Shown: in pieces, positions 1 through 13,974 of the stretch
Layout of the letters: every line of letters begins with the position of its first letter
Position numbering within the stretch: the first letter of the stretch is position 1
NCBI RefSeq assembly: GCF_009914755.1
Contig: NC_060939.1
Strand: one strand, 5' to 3'
Length of the DNA stretch: 64,000 nt
Source: the human T2T-CHM13v2.0 reference genome, Homo sapiens
Position numbers and translations under genes: made by a program
The notes under the pieces: generated by a model
Database searches by the model: none
What the model saw: only the letters and a program-made list of their open reading frames with translations
What the model was told of the DNA's origin: nothing

Positions 1-1346
1 TCTGATTGCTCTGTTTGACTCAGTGTTGGAAGCCTGTTGAACAGGAAATGAGCTATTTCTTGCTCAACCAGGAGTTGTAGCATCTTTGAAGTTTGGGAAG
101 TTAATTTATAAATTCCCAACTGTCCGGCTACATGTCAAGTGTCTGGTCATTGTTTTGATTTGTTGCAACCTGTGAAAGTACTTTTTTTTTTTTTCAAAGT
201 CAAATTGCCATATTGGAAACCAGGAGCCACCATCTTTAAACAATTAGAGATTAGAGATTTGCTATGACTTTACCTATACAGTGCTTAAGACCGATTTAGT
301 CTATTAGAAACCAGTAAGTTCGCGGGCCTCATCAAAATTGATAAGTGATTAGCACTGTCTATAAAACTATGCCATATCGTATAAAGTAAAATTGCTTCTT
401 AACTATCTTTGTGTTGCTATAGTACATATTTCTGAAAAGCTCTTAGACTAAATGCAACCGTCATCACCAATAAAACCATTAATGAACCCTATACACAAAT
501 GAACTTTGAATCCTGTGGCCACTATTAAAACAATTTTAGATCTTGATTTGCCATTTGGGGAATGCTAAGCTGCTGTAACAGCAGGCTCAAACTAATTCAC
601 TGAATTGGAAAATATGGAAATTCTTCATATAAGAACTCTGAAGTGAGCATTTCAGGCTGGCAGGCTGCCCTGGTGCCCTCTGCCATTCAGGGAAGCAGAA
701 GACAATGAAGGCTCTGTCACTCCCAACACGAGGCTGCAAAGGTTGCCATACATGCTCTTTCTAGCCAGCAGGAAGGCCTGAAGGGCACCCCTACTGCTCT
801 CTACATTTCCTTTGGGGAGAGCTGAGTCTTGGGGCCACAGCCAGCTACAGGTGGTTTGGAAGCGGGGTTCCCATCTGACAGAGACCATGCTCCCACCTGC
901 AGCCCTTCTGTTGTAGAAAATTGGCAAAACGGATTTTGGTGGACAAATAGCAGTCTCCATCACCGTTCTGTTATTTTATAAGCTGAATCCCAGTTATGAG
1001 ATACTATGTTGGCTATAATTTCAAAGTTTCTATTGATAGCTGTTATAACACTTTTATTCCAATTTGAAAATTTGGATCAATAAACATTGAATTGGAGATA
1101 TAGTTCCAAATCAAGAATATAACTGTTCACCTCTTACGCTGTTAAGAAACCTAAAGGCATTTGACATACACTGTTTTGCATTTCTATGTTAGATGTCCAA
1201 GAGAGGAGACATGTGTTCCAAGACTGTGGTCCTGAGATGGCATGAAGGCGAGTGATGCAGAGTGAAAGGGTTTCCTGCCATGGGCATAGGTCTGGGTCCT
1301 GGCAGACAATGGTGCTTCACTGTGAACAAAGACACAGTTCGATTAT

Positions 1347-1365
1347 TGACCACTAGGTGGCACCA
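1347..1365 (+). promoter_or_regulatory. CTCF binding motif (core)
   Basis: TGACCACTAGGTGGCACCA fits the CTCF core CCASYAGRKGGCRS at all positions; unique DNA; partial upstream-motif-like CAGTTC at 1335-1340. Confidence 0.7.
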
Positions 1366-3868
1366 CGGAGAATAGAAATGTCTGCACCAATCACCAGGGA
1401 GCTGGGAGTGCTCTTTCCTTAAGGATCTGTATTCTATTGTAGCAAAAGGTGGCCATTCCTGCTACCTCTGTGCAGTCAAAGCTTATTGAAGAAAGAACAA
1501 TGTTCTCTTTTTAGATTTTCTTCTCTTAAGTAGAAATTTATTATAACCTTTAGTAATGCTATAAAATTAAACACTAGACTTTCCACAATGTGGTCATAAA
1601 CCAAGAGATAAGGAAAAATGGCAACTACATTATTTTAAAATGTGTATTTTGATTTATGTGACAGTAAGGGGAGTTTAAAATCCAGTTGGTTTTTAACATT
1701 TTTGTATCTAACTGCTTGTTGTCAAGAGCTTTCCCAGGAGAAGAGATTGTCTAAGACCATTATGCATATTTGTCTAATGTGAACTTTGGTTTTATTTTGC
1801 AGCAAGAAAGGGTGGGGTGGCACCTATTTGAATGCAGCCCACTGGCCTGTTGGTGCAATTCCTCCTTGGCCACACTGGCCCCTGAGCAGGGTTGGAGCTT
1901 CCCTTTGCAGGTTGGTGCACAAAGATGTGGCATGCTGCTCCAGAAACTGCTCTGGGAAACTGCTGGTGGCCCCACAGGCTCTTGGAACTAACAGACTGTG
2001 TCATTATCACATGCTGCAAAGCAAATCCCTGCTTGTAAGGACTCAGCTCAGCTTTAGAAGTTCCCTGAGACTTCGAGAATGTCAACAGATGCATGCTTTC
2101 GTGAGTCCATGCCATTCAGTGAACTTGATGGAATCATTCTGTGTGAAACGTTAAGTGGCGTGGGGATGATGCAGAGACTATTTCTGACGAGTCCCTGCCC
2201 AAAAGGAAAATCAAATGATGAGGCAGCAGGAGTCACGTCTAAGTGGAAATACAGAGACCAAGCTGTAGGGTGTAAGGAAGGAGGGACCTTTCTTCCTTTG
2301 CCACTTTCACTGGTTATTTTATGTGCTTGAAAATAGCCACAACACTTTCTCCCCTCCATAAAGGGAATGATGGCTTTGGTCTAGTTTTTATATGTCTCTC
2401 TTCAGCTCTCATGTCTCCTAGTGGTTCTGACTACAAATAGTTCCATTGTTTCTTCTGTATGGTCCTAATAGGTCTCTGAGGTTTTTTTGGAATCACTAAA
2501 TGCCACCAAATACTCTCTAGTTTACTTAATAGGGCGATGGCCATACCTCCCTACAATTTTCCTGAGTGACACCATAAGTAGCACATTTTGAATGTAAAAG
2601 ATGAGAAGGTCATCATACAAAACAGGAGTCTATGAAGAATGAGGCAATTGCCATTGCTTACCTGTGTTTAATATTTTCTTCTCCCAATAAGGTAAACCTA
2701 TAGACAGGTGTTGTCTATGCTGGTAAGAAGTGAAAGGCCAATTGGTTGAGAGTTTATTGTGTACTTTTACGACCATGGCCGTGTTCATCAGGCGTCTGCT
2801 CTTACATCGCTGGTGCAGTGAATGGTGTCCTTGCATCACTCGAACGAGGATGCCCCAGTGGCTAACGGTGTGAGAACACCGCACTGCCTGCTCTCACACT
2901 GTATACGGGGCTGGGTGGGTTCTGAACGCTGGCCATCTGGCTGATTAGGGTTTTTAATAAGTCTATCGTAACAAAACAATGCTCCATTGAGGTAACTGCT
3001 CTTTTTTTTTTTTTTGTTAAAATTAAATGTCATATTTTGCCCTTTCACTAGAAAACAAACTGTTCAGCTGCATAAAGCCCTCCAGATTATGATTTAAACT
3101 GTCTCAAGTTTCATCCATGTATTTATGAGTGATGTTCCCGCATGCCAGTCACAAGCAGTAGAGATTTATGGGCAGTACTGGTTTCAAAGAAAATGCTCAA
3201 GTTGATTGATGGGGCAAGTCTCCCTATCTCCTATCCCCCTGCTCCCCACCAAAGAGAAAAAAAGTCTTTTCCCTGCTAACTGCAGTGCCAGCTTTGACCC
3301 TGACTTAGTTGATAACCTTGAATAAATTGCATTCCAGTAGCAAGCCAGATGGATTTTAAAGGGTATCCGGGCCTGGTGGAAGCCTCAGCACCCCTCTCCC
3401 GCCCCGTGTGGAAATCCTGCTGTGCTCCCGAGAGGCACTGCCTGCCCTCTGCTCTGGCATTTTCCCTAGGAGGCACTTCCATGTTTGAACAGTTCCTATG
3501 ACTAACAGATGCTTCTCAGGAAGCTGAAATCAGCCTCCTCCTTCCTTCTGTCCACTGACCCTATACTTTGCCTTCTGGAGTGCTACAGAATCTCTCTCAT
3601 CCACCATCATGGGCTGCCTTCCGGGCAACTGGCGGCAGCTGTCATGTTCTCTGAGTCTTCCTGTCCCATGAGAGTGCCTGTGATAGAGTTTCCAGACCTG
3701 GCCATCCCACAGGACTATTGGCTGTGCAAACGGGGACTCCCCTTTGGAGCCAGAGTCTGTGGATGTGGAGTCACAGGAGAGGGAGCTGGCTCCGCTGTGC
3801 TTATATGTGCAGGTGGGCATGTGGGTGCTGGTGAGTTCACCCTGACCACTTTTAAAAGACTGAGTATC

Positions 3869-4276
<408 letters not shown>

Positions 4277-4890
4277 CTAACTGTGAACAATCCTTTAACC
4301 AGATGTTTTATGTTCATGTGCAGGTGCCACAAGGGCCAGGTGTAGAGAGTTAGTACTTACTAGTTAATGCTCCATTAATTTTCACTGAACTGTAAAGGAT
4401 GTGTTTAAAAGATAAAGTAAATCCTAAAAGAGAAATTTAACAGTTAATTTCTTTGGCGCTATTACTTTATTTGTAAAATAAGTGGATTTGGCCAAAATTA
4501 TATCTGGGATCTTTTTGGCACTAATATCTGCTGATCCTTTCAATAGAAAAGAAATTCATGTATCATGGTTCAATGTCGTGAGACGGCATTTTGCACTGCA
4601 AAATGTAAACAGCAGGTGACGCGTGATGCGTTTTCCCCCCCAATGAGGAATGAGCTCAAAGGATGAAATGTGTAGTTTTAATTACTCCCTTGCCTAAGCC
4701 CGACTAAACTGTTGCAAGATGAGGACAAAATTGGAGCCATGACAAAAGTGGAAAGCAGCTGACCAACACAGCTTCCCTTTCAGTGTTATCCCTGCCTGCG
4801 CCTCAGGGACACACAGGAGTGTCTTCGGGTGGACGTTTTCAGGTGGAGATCCAGATCTGCAGGTGTCTTTGGCAAACCTTGTGGAGTGCC

Positions 4891-5280
4891 TGATGTAGTT
4901 TGGATGTTTGTCCCCTCCAGATCTCTGTTAAAATGCGATCCTCAGTCTCTGAGGTGGGGCCTGGTGGGAGGTATCTGGATCATGGGGAGGATCCCTCACG
5001 AACGGCTTGGGCCATCCCCTTGCTGATGAGTGAGCTCTAGCTCTGAGTTTGCACCAGATCTGGTTGTTTAAGATTGTGTGGGCCCCTGTTTCCCTGGCTT
5101 GCTCTGCCCTGACCATGTGATGCGCCTTCTGCCCGTGACTGAAAGGAAGCTTCCTGAGGCCTCCCTAGAAGCAGATGCTTCCTGTACAGCCTGCAGAACT
5201 GTGAGCAGTTAAACCTCTTTTCTTCTAAATCACCCAGTCTCAGATATTTCTTTATAGCCTTGCGAGAATGGCCTAAGACA
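4891..5280 (+). mobile_element. MSTB-like MaLR solo LTR
   Basis: TGATGTAGTTTGGATG start and ...GGCCTAAGACA end; flanks GTGCC/GCACC are consistent with a GCGCC 5-bp TSD after CpG decay. Confidence 0.9.
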
Positions 5281-8200
5281 GCACCTTAGGAATGAGCCAG
5301 CTCAGGCCAGGTGGGGTTGCCCTGCAGCCTGGCGTCAATCACTGCCATCTTTGCAATGAGCACAGAGTCCGCCCCTGCAGAGCCCCCCAGGTCAGAATGA
5401 GCAACACAAGCTGTTCTGGGAGGCAGGAAAGACCTGCTGACCACCCGGCCTGCTCACCCACTTCCCCACACCCCTTCTCCTTTTGCCTCCTTTCCTGACA
5501 TGGGTGTCATTTCAGGGTTGACATGAAACCCACACAGTCCATCCCTTACTGCCCTCTAGGTGCTGTCCCCAGTCAGAGAAATGATCAACCAAGCAACTGT
5601 TTTTGGAGACGCAGTAGATTCGTTTAATGTGTTTATCTCAAGATGCAAATGATCCCTTGAGTTTGGAGAGAGAAATGGAAGGAACTGGACACGTAGTGGG
5701 GTGGCAGAGAGTGCAGGGTGGAGGTACAGAGGAAGTCCGCAGCCTCTCCCCAGGAGGGCGCAGGGTGGAAAACATGCTTTTGATACTGGATACTTGCAGT
5801 GTTGGCTAGCATGAGGTGTGAGAAGCAGATGGCCACACGTCACTCTGGTTAGAGAAGTGAAATGTTTCAGCCTGAATCGGGTCTTGACCATCAGGTGTGA
5901 GAGTCCCTCCAGGCCCGGCGGTAAGGCCTGTGGTTGCGCTGGAGTCATGTGAAATTGGAGCTTGGTGCAGCGTTTCTGACCCTTCTCTTCGTCCATGAAT
6001 CTCACCCGTTCTCAGGAGCCCCAGCCCACTGGCTCCTCAGGAAAGGGAGCGCTGGGCTTTCTGGCCTTTGTCTGGCTTGGTTGGGTGGTCTTGTTGAGGG
6101 GTTAGGGCTCAGGTGGGCAGCTGCCTCTTTGTTTGCTGTCCTCTAGCCCCTGTGTTTCAGGAAGCATCCTAAATAATCTGGTGGGGTTGCCTTACTGCTT
6201 CCATCATCCTCCAGCCACTCTTCTTTCATCTCAGCTGGGGGCCCAAAGCATTATTTAAAGAATGAGCGTGCAGCACGCAACCCACAGGAGGGCCTCATTT
6301 GGGCCTTCTCATCAGAGCAGGGTGTCCACAGGTGCTTTCAGGACTCAGGGCCTCTGCACACCATCCCGTGTGTTAGCAATACTTTATGATTTTGTAGCCA
6401 TACATGACTGGTTATTGATGGTGCACTGAAAAATCAGGACTGAGTCCCACCTTCTCTTCATGACCATCTAAACATCTTTAAACGTGTGTCAAGTTGTGTT
6501 CCTTTTTTAATTAATATACAATTGAGACACTAATTTTAGTCAGTTAAATTTTGTTCCTCCAATAGAGTCACCAGTAAAGAGGCTGACATCATCATTTTTC
6601 CTGAGAAGGAGCAGGTGCCGTGTGGTGGGCTCCTGCACCCTCTCTTTGAGGCACCCCATTGCTTCCTTGGCAGCTGGTGACTAGTCTCACGTTGGCTGCC
6701 ACTCTCAATGGGGACACTCAGGAGGAAAGGCTGTTTATGGCGGTCTACTTTTTACTCACCATAACGAGTGGATGAATGAATGAATGAATGAATACTAAGT
6801 GAACAAATGGATGCAGGAATTCTGCTTTATGATCTGCACAATGAAACGTTTAAATAGGACTTGGCTGTTGCTTCTGTGCTGGGGATTCAGCAAAACCTGC
6901 TGCTAGACAGTCATCTTTATGTCTAAAAACTGGAAAGGATCTGAGGCTGTTACATTATTATTGCAAGAATTGAAGGCAGAAATCCAGGAATGTGTTTTTC
7001 CCTGGTTGGTCGGATGTTTCCCGATGGTGAGGACACAGCAGCCCAATTTCTCTCTCCCTTGGTCCCCGGAGAAGCTGCTGTGAGTAGCCAGTGGGTCTCG
7101 GTTCCTTCCATTCCCAATATCCCCTGGGTTTGGACCAGAACATTTACAAGGAAATGTGGAGTCAACTCCAGTAATCTCTGTGTGCTTTGTGTTGTTTTGA
7201 TAAAAGATGTGTAGCATAAGACTTTCGTTTGCAAAGAACTTACAAGAGAAGAGACCTTAGCTGCCTGCTGAGCAGCCTTCCGGCAGTCACCGGGGTCACC
7301 TTGCCACCACTGAACAACCAAAATGCTGCCCAATAGGACACAGCACTTTACTTGCTGCTTTTTGAAAAATAATGGAAAAATAACCTGAACGTTCTTTCAG
7401 CCTTGATCTCCATTGGATTCCTCTCCGGGGAATTTAACTAGACAGCTGCAACACTGTGTGGACTTCGGTTTCCAAACAGAGAAAATCCTGGTCAATTTAG
7501 ACATGTCAACCTGGATTTATACTTTTAATGGGAAAAATATTCTCTGCAGGAAGATGACATTTGCCTCCTATTCTGAGAAAATGACTGATTTTGCATGATC
7601 ATACTCCTATACTGTTGCTCAATGATAGCTGAAATAAATCAGCGAAAGTGACATTGGCTGTTTGCAATGATTAAACATTAGATGTCTGGAAAACATCCTT
7701 TGGTCATTTATATTCAGGATATTTCAGACATCTCTGATACTCCTTTTTTTCCTAAGCCCTGATAGAGCTAATAGTACTTACTATGATATAGTTACGTTCA
7801 TACAAACCTCACTCAATACTAACAGTGTATCTTTTAAGCATCAAAGTCATCACCTGTTGTAGTTATTCCATCCATTTCTGCATATTCTTGAAGTTGTGTG
7901 GCCATTTTTTCTGTGTTTATGTCTTTTGGAGGGATAGGGCTGTTTCAGCGTTGCTGTTGAATGGTCTAGAAGACTGGCTGGTCCAAACCTGAGACAAGAA
8001 AGAGCTCCTAACATTAGAAACAATTGGGACTGCTTTCAATGAGATGCCAACACATAGTTGATGCTATGATTTTAAATATGCCTGGAAGAAAAAGAAAAAT
8101 AGGCCCCATTTAAGTGGAAGCATTTAAAAGTAGACCTCAGGCCACCAGAAGGACTTTCAGAAAAACAAGTGGTATCCACAGGTGCAGGGAAAGACCTCTT

Positions 8201-9249
8201 AGTCTGAGAGCAGGTATTACAGAATGTGTGGGCTGACCACAGAGAGAGGCCAGAGCCTGATCAGCATTCAGGAGGTCATATGTGGGTCACTTTTCCTGGA
8301 CGCCCATTCTGTTCTATCTTGAAAAGTGATATCTTGTTCATTTGCATGCTTCCAGAATAATCCCTTTCCTGATTTTATCCCGTTAAATCCTTCAAGTTCT
8401 AGGAGTGAAGAAATTTGTATTTCTTTAGAATATCACATAGATACACTGCTGCTATCTGTAATGCTGAGAAATAGAATGTCAAGGGTGAGGCAAACAGAAA
8501 CCACAACTACATACTACTTCAGTGCAACAGGACTTTGAGGGGCATGGTGGGATAATCTGACTACTAGCTTCTCTCTGGCCAAGAAAAATACAAATATCAG
8601 CAAGTACAGGAGTGCACTGTTCCTGGGTTTTAAATCACGTGCACACATGAAAACATAGCACAGCCCTGCCCAGCCTCCCTGCGGCTGCACCTTTGCCGTG
8701 GAGGGAGCATTTTGTCGTGTAATGTTCTCCCGTCCCTCCAGTGGGAGCATCTGGGGCTGGTGAAGACTTGGCACTCCAGGAGCCGAGTGGACCTGGGGTC
8801 ACCCAGATAAAAGCCACCAGGCAGGGCTTCAGCTCTCTGCCTTCTCCTGGAAGTTCGTGTCTGTGTTTCACTACGCAGCTGGCGGGGCAGGGCTAGGTGT
8901 TACATGGACTTTGCCTCACTCCCCATCCACCCGCACCCTTCTGTGTCCCCTCTCGTGATGTATGATGGAGGGAGCGTGTTCCTGCTAAGGGCTCGCCTCT
9001 GCCCCTTTCCGGAGAACATGGAATCACCTTACCCAGAAGGTTTTGTCCCATGCTCCCCAGGGTGGCCGACAACCGGGTCACACCCAGGGCCTTTGCTGCA
9101 GATGGGGTGATTCTGTGATCCTTGGTGCTCCAGAGTGCCCCTGTGGGCCAGGCTGCAGCTGCCTCCAGCTGAGACCGCATCCTTAGCTTTTCCTCCTTTC
9201 TCCACTCCCCTTCCCTTTCCTGACTCATCCCATTTCAGGCCCCGATTTT

Positions 9250-9436
9250 GGGGAGGCTGAGCCCATCAGCTTAGGCACCTGGAACTTTAGGTCTGTTCAG
9301 GCGGCTCTGCCTTCCAAGCCTGGCTGTTCAGGCCTCCTCTTTATTTTGTGAACACCCAGCTATCCTGTACTAATCTCTTTTCTGTTCTAAGTCAGCTAGG
9401 GTTGGTGTCTCTTGCTTGCAATCAGGAGATCTAACA
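9250..9436 (+). mobile_element. Old MLT1 LTR 3' fragment
   Basis: CTAAGTCAGCTAGGGTTGG...TTGCTTGCAATCAGGAGATCTAACA resembles the MLT1 3' end; left boundary uncertain. Confidence 0.5.
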
Positions 9437-9446
9437 GCTTTATGCC

Positions 9447-10238
9447 TGGATCTGCTAGGATCAGATCAGAAGAGGGAAGCTGCATCATACTTTGAACATG
9501 AAAAGTTTAATATAGAGAATTACTAATAGGCATTGGAGTAGAGAAGGCTTAGCTAGTAAGTAGAGTGCACAGAAGAATACAGGAATAGCAGAGAAAAGGA
9601 GCACATTAAAAAGAAATAGATACCTAAGGAGGGATCATGGCCATGGCTCAATGGATGGCAGAGGGGTTGCTGCAGAGCTGCACCCATGAAACCTGCCAGA
9701 AATCTACCCTCCAAGCTACCAGAGAGATCTGCTCACAGGAAGGTGTCTCACTGGGGAATTACTCCACTGAAACATCACCCGAGGAAGGTGCTGGTGGAAG
9801 CTGCTGGCTGCGAAGCATAACCACTGCTGTGTAACAGAGGAGCCAGGTGCTGGGGGAGATGCTCGCACTGCAGGAGCTGGGCACTGGGGAAACTGCTGCA
9901 GGAGCCTGCGGCTGGAGGAGCCATCCACACTGCAGGAGCAGAGCATTGCAGAAACTCTGTGCACTGTAGGAGCCTGGAGCTGGAAAGGCCCTATGCACTG
10001 TAAGAACTGGGCACTGGGGAACTGTATGGGTGGCAGCGGTCTGGCTGCAGGTGTCTGCTCAGACAGCACTGCAGAAACAAGAAGGAAACTTTTGGCAATG
10101 TTTCTTCAGCATCCTCTGCTGACAAAGCTTACTGCCAGTTAGCAAAGGAGATATATTTGTAGGGCCCAGATCCATTTTCACAAAACAGTCAATGAAGGGT
10201 GAATTCAGAGCTGAGAGGCATGGATTGATACTTGGAAA
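9447..10238 (-). mobile_element. LTR41-like ERVL solo LTR
   Basis: GAAGGGTGAATTCAGAGCTGAGAGGCA..TTGATA and GGCTCAATGGATGGCAGAG match my recollection of the LTR41 reverse complement; internal degenerate repeats. Confidence 0.6.
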
Positions 10239-13200
10239 AATGCCTCATTTCCTTACATGTTGCACTGGCAGGGCCTCTTAGCTAGTCATGGATATGACAG
10301 GGAGTCTGTGATAAACATGCAGTGCAGTTGCAAAGAGAAAGACTGAAGTGGGTGAGTTGTATCTTCTTCAAAAATGAAAGTGAAAAACATTTACCTGGGA
10401 ACTGCAGTTAGGGCATTTTGTTTAATCAGTGCTCCATAATCTCTTACTCTCCCAGTCTCCCTGAACCTTCTGAGAGAGATGATACCTCCTGTTCTGGGTA
10501 CCACATGCCACTGTTTCCCAGCAAGCACACCACTCAGGCATCATTGCAGGAACTGCTAATTTTAAGTAGGACTTTGTTTCCCCACCTTGCAAATGGGACC
10601 CTAAATCCCAAGGGAGAGAAATAACTAAGAGAAGGCATGTTTACGCTGGGTCAAATCATTTTGCCCTCGTTCTTGTTTTGTCAGCTTGCAGTTCTGTGCC
10701 ACAAGGCAGCTGCAGGGGTGCCGTGTGCCCTTGAGACATGGGTCTGCTCACAGAACCCTCAAGCTGCTCAGTGCTTCTTAACAATGAGTAATACTTCCAG
10801 GGTTTTATATTTGTGAATTTTCTAAAGTCAAGTATAATTTTGGGATTAGACACTTGTTCTAGACATTCATGGCATAGTGGAGGGAGCACTGGACATAGAG
10901 GCAGGCTACATCCCTCTAGGCACCTGGGCCACCCTGAAAGCCTCTCTGTGTCTCCTGTCTCAATTGCTGTGGGCCCACAATGAATGAGTTACATGAAAAA
11001 GTTCTAAAATGTTGTGCACTTCTACGGTTCTACCGTGTATCAGGTAACTGTACACTGTCAGAGAGACTCGCGCAGGAATCAAAACTGTGCATACACATCC
11101 ATCTCCTCTCTTTCGCTGTGTGCATATAAGGGTCTGAGTGTGTTTATGTGTAAATATGAAAGGGAAAGGCTAGCAGAGTATAAACTAAAATGTTAACTGC
11201 CGTTATTATAAGAAACAGGATTATTATTTAAACTATGATTTAAATTTCCACCTGTATACTTTACTGGATCTTCCAAATGTTACACAATCTGGAATCATCA
11301 CTAGTATTATCAGGAAAAGTAGAACTTATTTAGAAGTAATATTCAGCTCATCTGTTTTCAGAGTATAAATACCCATGTTGAAACACATGCAAAAATCAGA
11401 TGCCTTGGTCGTTAATATCCACTGGAGAAATGGGCACAGAGAGCTTGCAGTAGTGCCTGTGGATCTTGCAACAGTACATTGTGGAACAGTGCTTTTTCCA
11501 AATACCATTCTGTCTCTGCTCATGCTGGTAATTCTATCGTTTCCATTGGAAGACAATGCAAGCTGCCCTTCCCAGAAGAGGCAGGAAGAGAAGTGAATTA
11601 GAGAGAGGAAGGAGAGAATTGTGTGTTGTGAAAAAAACAGAAAACCAAGGAAGAACAAGATGGCTATCCAATGCTCCTGGAGGGGAGTCCTCCCCCACGT
11701 GAGGACAGGGCAAGTGCCCAGATTCCACTTATGTCATCTTGTCTGCAAAACAAAACCTTTTGCAACAGCCTGAATGCAGTTTGGACCTTTCTCTGTATCT
11801 TCAGTGCCGTATACAAAGAGACAGATAATCAAATAAGGATATTGCTTCCCATTGGTAGGATGTGCATTTGGTGTGACCCAGGAACTGTTCTGGAACATTA
11901 TCAAGAGGTTATGACCATATGCCAAGTTGAAAATGTCTGTTTTCATCATTCAGAGGGACTGTGACCACATAGAACATTCCATTATGCCAGGCTTCCCTCC
12001 TCTGTTCAATCCAACTGCACTCCACGTATGAGTGAAACTCATTGAAAAATCTTGTGAATATAAGTTTCACATCAGTAAAATTTCCTCTCTTGCACCCTTA
12101 AGAATGGAATTATGCTTGTCACCAACATTTGGAAGAATATTTGGTCAGTTCATATTTTTGCCCTTTTTTGCTTTAGAGATTGAAGTAGAGGATTTGATGA
12201 AATGTTAAGGTTTATGACAATTTGTATAAATGAAAAACCTGGAATGTATTTCTTCTTGGCCCTGAGCAAGCAGTGACCCTAAAGGCATTTGGGAAGCCAG
12301 AAATGGAGTGCACTGGTAGGGTGATTTATTTAGAAAATAGGAATCTTGGAAATAAATCACTAAAGTAAGTGTTTCAGTGATGGATGGTCACATCTTATTC
12401 TGAATTTAGAAAATGAGAACTACCCAATTCACTCCTTTGTGTTCAAAGGTAGCCCCTCAGAGCCTCCCTGTGGCTGGCTGAACCCAGCTCCGCTTTGCAG
12501 GTGCAGACGGGACTGCGAGGTCCTCTCCAGCCTAAGGACCTCCTGAAGCGCTGGGAGAACCTGCTTGGTGGCTGCTTTCTAATGCCCTGTTCATCTGAAT
12601 AACTAGGAGGAAGTCTGAGCTTACAATCAGTGTCTGTGTTGTTTTTCAAAATCTGGGCTCCCTCGTATCCTAGGCAACCATTTAGAGGAGAGAGAATGCA
12701 AAGTGGGAGGCGTCCTGTGTGTTTAAGTCACAACCCCTGGTCCCTGGGTAGTAGCTGTGTTGATATTGTCATTTTGACCCTTTGGGGCCAAAGCTGCTAG
12801 GAGCCAGTGGTGTTTGGTGGCATTGTGTTGCATGTAGAGGCCAAGGAGGGGGCATTTCTACCCTTTTGCCACCCTACCCCCTTCTCCTCTCTTCCCTCTG
12901 AGTCCAGTCGCCTCGGACAGCGCTGATTCGAGGTGAGGCTAGAGGAAGGCCTGTGCTAATTGCACACTAGCTGACATACCTGCCCCACACCTGCTTTGTT
13001 GCTTTTGCTGGTAAATGCAGCAACGACACAGCAAACCTGAGTGCTCCCATTAGGGAAGCTGGTGCACCTGTCCTGATAGAGCTCTCCAGCTTGACGGATG
13101 TCTGCCTTTCAGTACCGTGTCCATAGATGTGATTGCTTTTCCTGACTGGGGCAGTCTGCACACTGTGGGAAGGCCAGCGCAGGTGCAGCAAAAGCACCTG

Positions 13201-13915
13201 GCGGCTCTCTCTGGCTGTAGTACGGTGAGGCTGGGGTTTTCTCCCTCAGCGATAAAGCAATATCAACTGGAGATATGCTGAAGACCTATTTTCTAGAGGT
13301 GTCAAAATTGTAATGTTTGCAGACAGATATGGATATTTACTCTGAATTTGGGTTGTTAAGGTATTACCTTCTTAAAGTGTATCTTAAGCTTGAAGATTGT
13401 ATTCAAGCGTACTAAGATGGCTTTTCTGGTGAGCAGTTATTACTTGATTAGTTGATTACTTTCCTCTTTCACAGTTGTGGGGATAAGAAAAAACAGTCTC
13501 CACAGCTCCTCTCAGGCTGGAAGATAGATCAGGTCATTTCCTACTAAATCAGGACGGTATTTAAGCCATAAGCAAAGCCGCACAAAGAGCTCACCTGATT
13601 GGTTAGCTATTGCAGTTCCTACAGCCTTGATTTTCTCATCCCGCCCTTAAAAGTAAGAGCCTTTCGAAGTACCCCACCTCCAATCATGCTTTCGTAATGA
13701 CAGCTTCCTTCTGCTCCTGAAGGTCCTGAAGGCTGCCAGCTCTCCTTGTGAGTCTTCTCATGGTCTGAAAACTCAAGCCTGCAAGGAAATACATTATTTA
13801 TTTTTTCATATTACGAATGGAATTTCTCTCTGTGTCCCCAGTCCACTCGGTAACATTGTGAGGTACATCAACTTTGTCTTCAGCATCCTACCTCCTTCTC
13901 CATGGACACCCTTCT

Positions 13916-13974
13916 TTTTCTTCATTCCTTCATTTCCTTTTCTTCATTCCTTCATTTCCTTTTTCCTTCATTCC
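13916..13974. repeat. Pyrimidine-rich ~22-bp tandem repeat (~2.5 copies)
   Basis: TTTTCTTCATTCCTTCATTTCC repeated directly. Confidence 0.8.

Noticed and set aside
5547-5565. Second, reverse CTCF-like motif (CAGCACCTAGAGGGCAGTA)
   Set aside because: It lacks the highly conserved second C of the core; too weak without ChIP data.
10106-10124. CTCF-like site within the LTR41-like element
   Set aside because: The minus strand reads TCAGCAGAGGATGC; the essential GGC is changed to GAT, so it is probably decayed.
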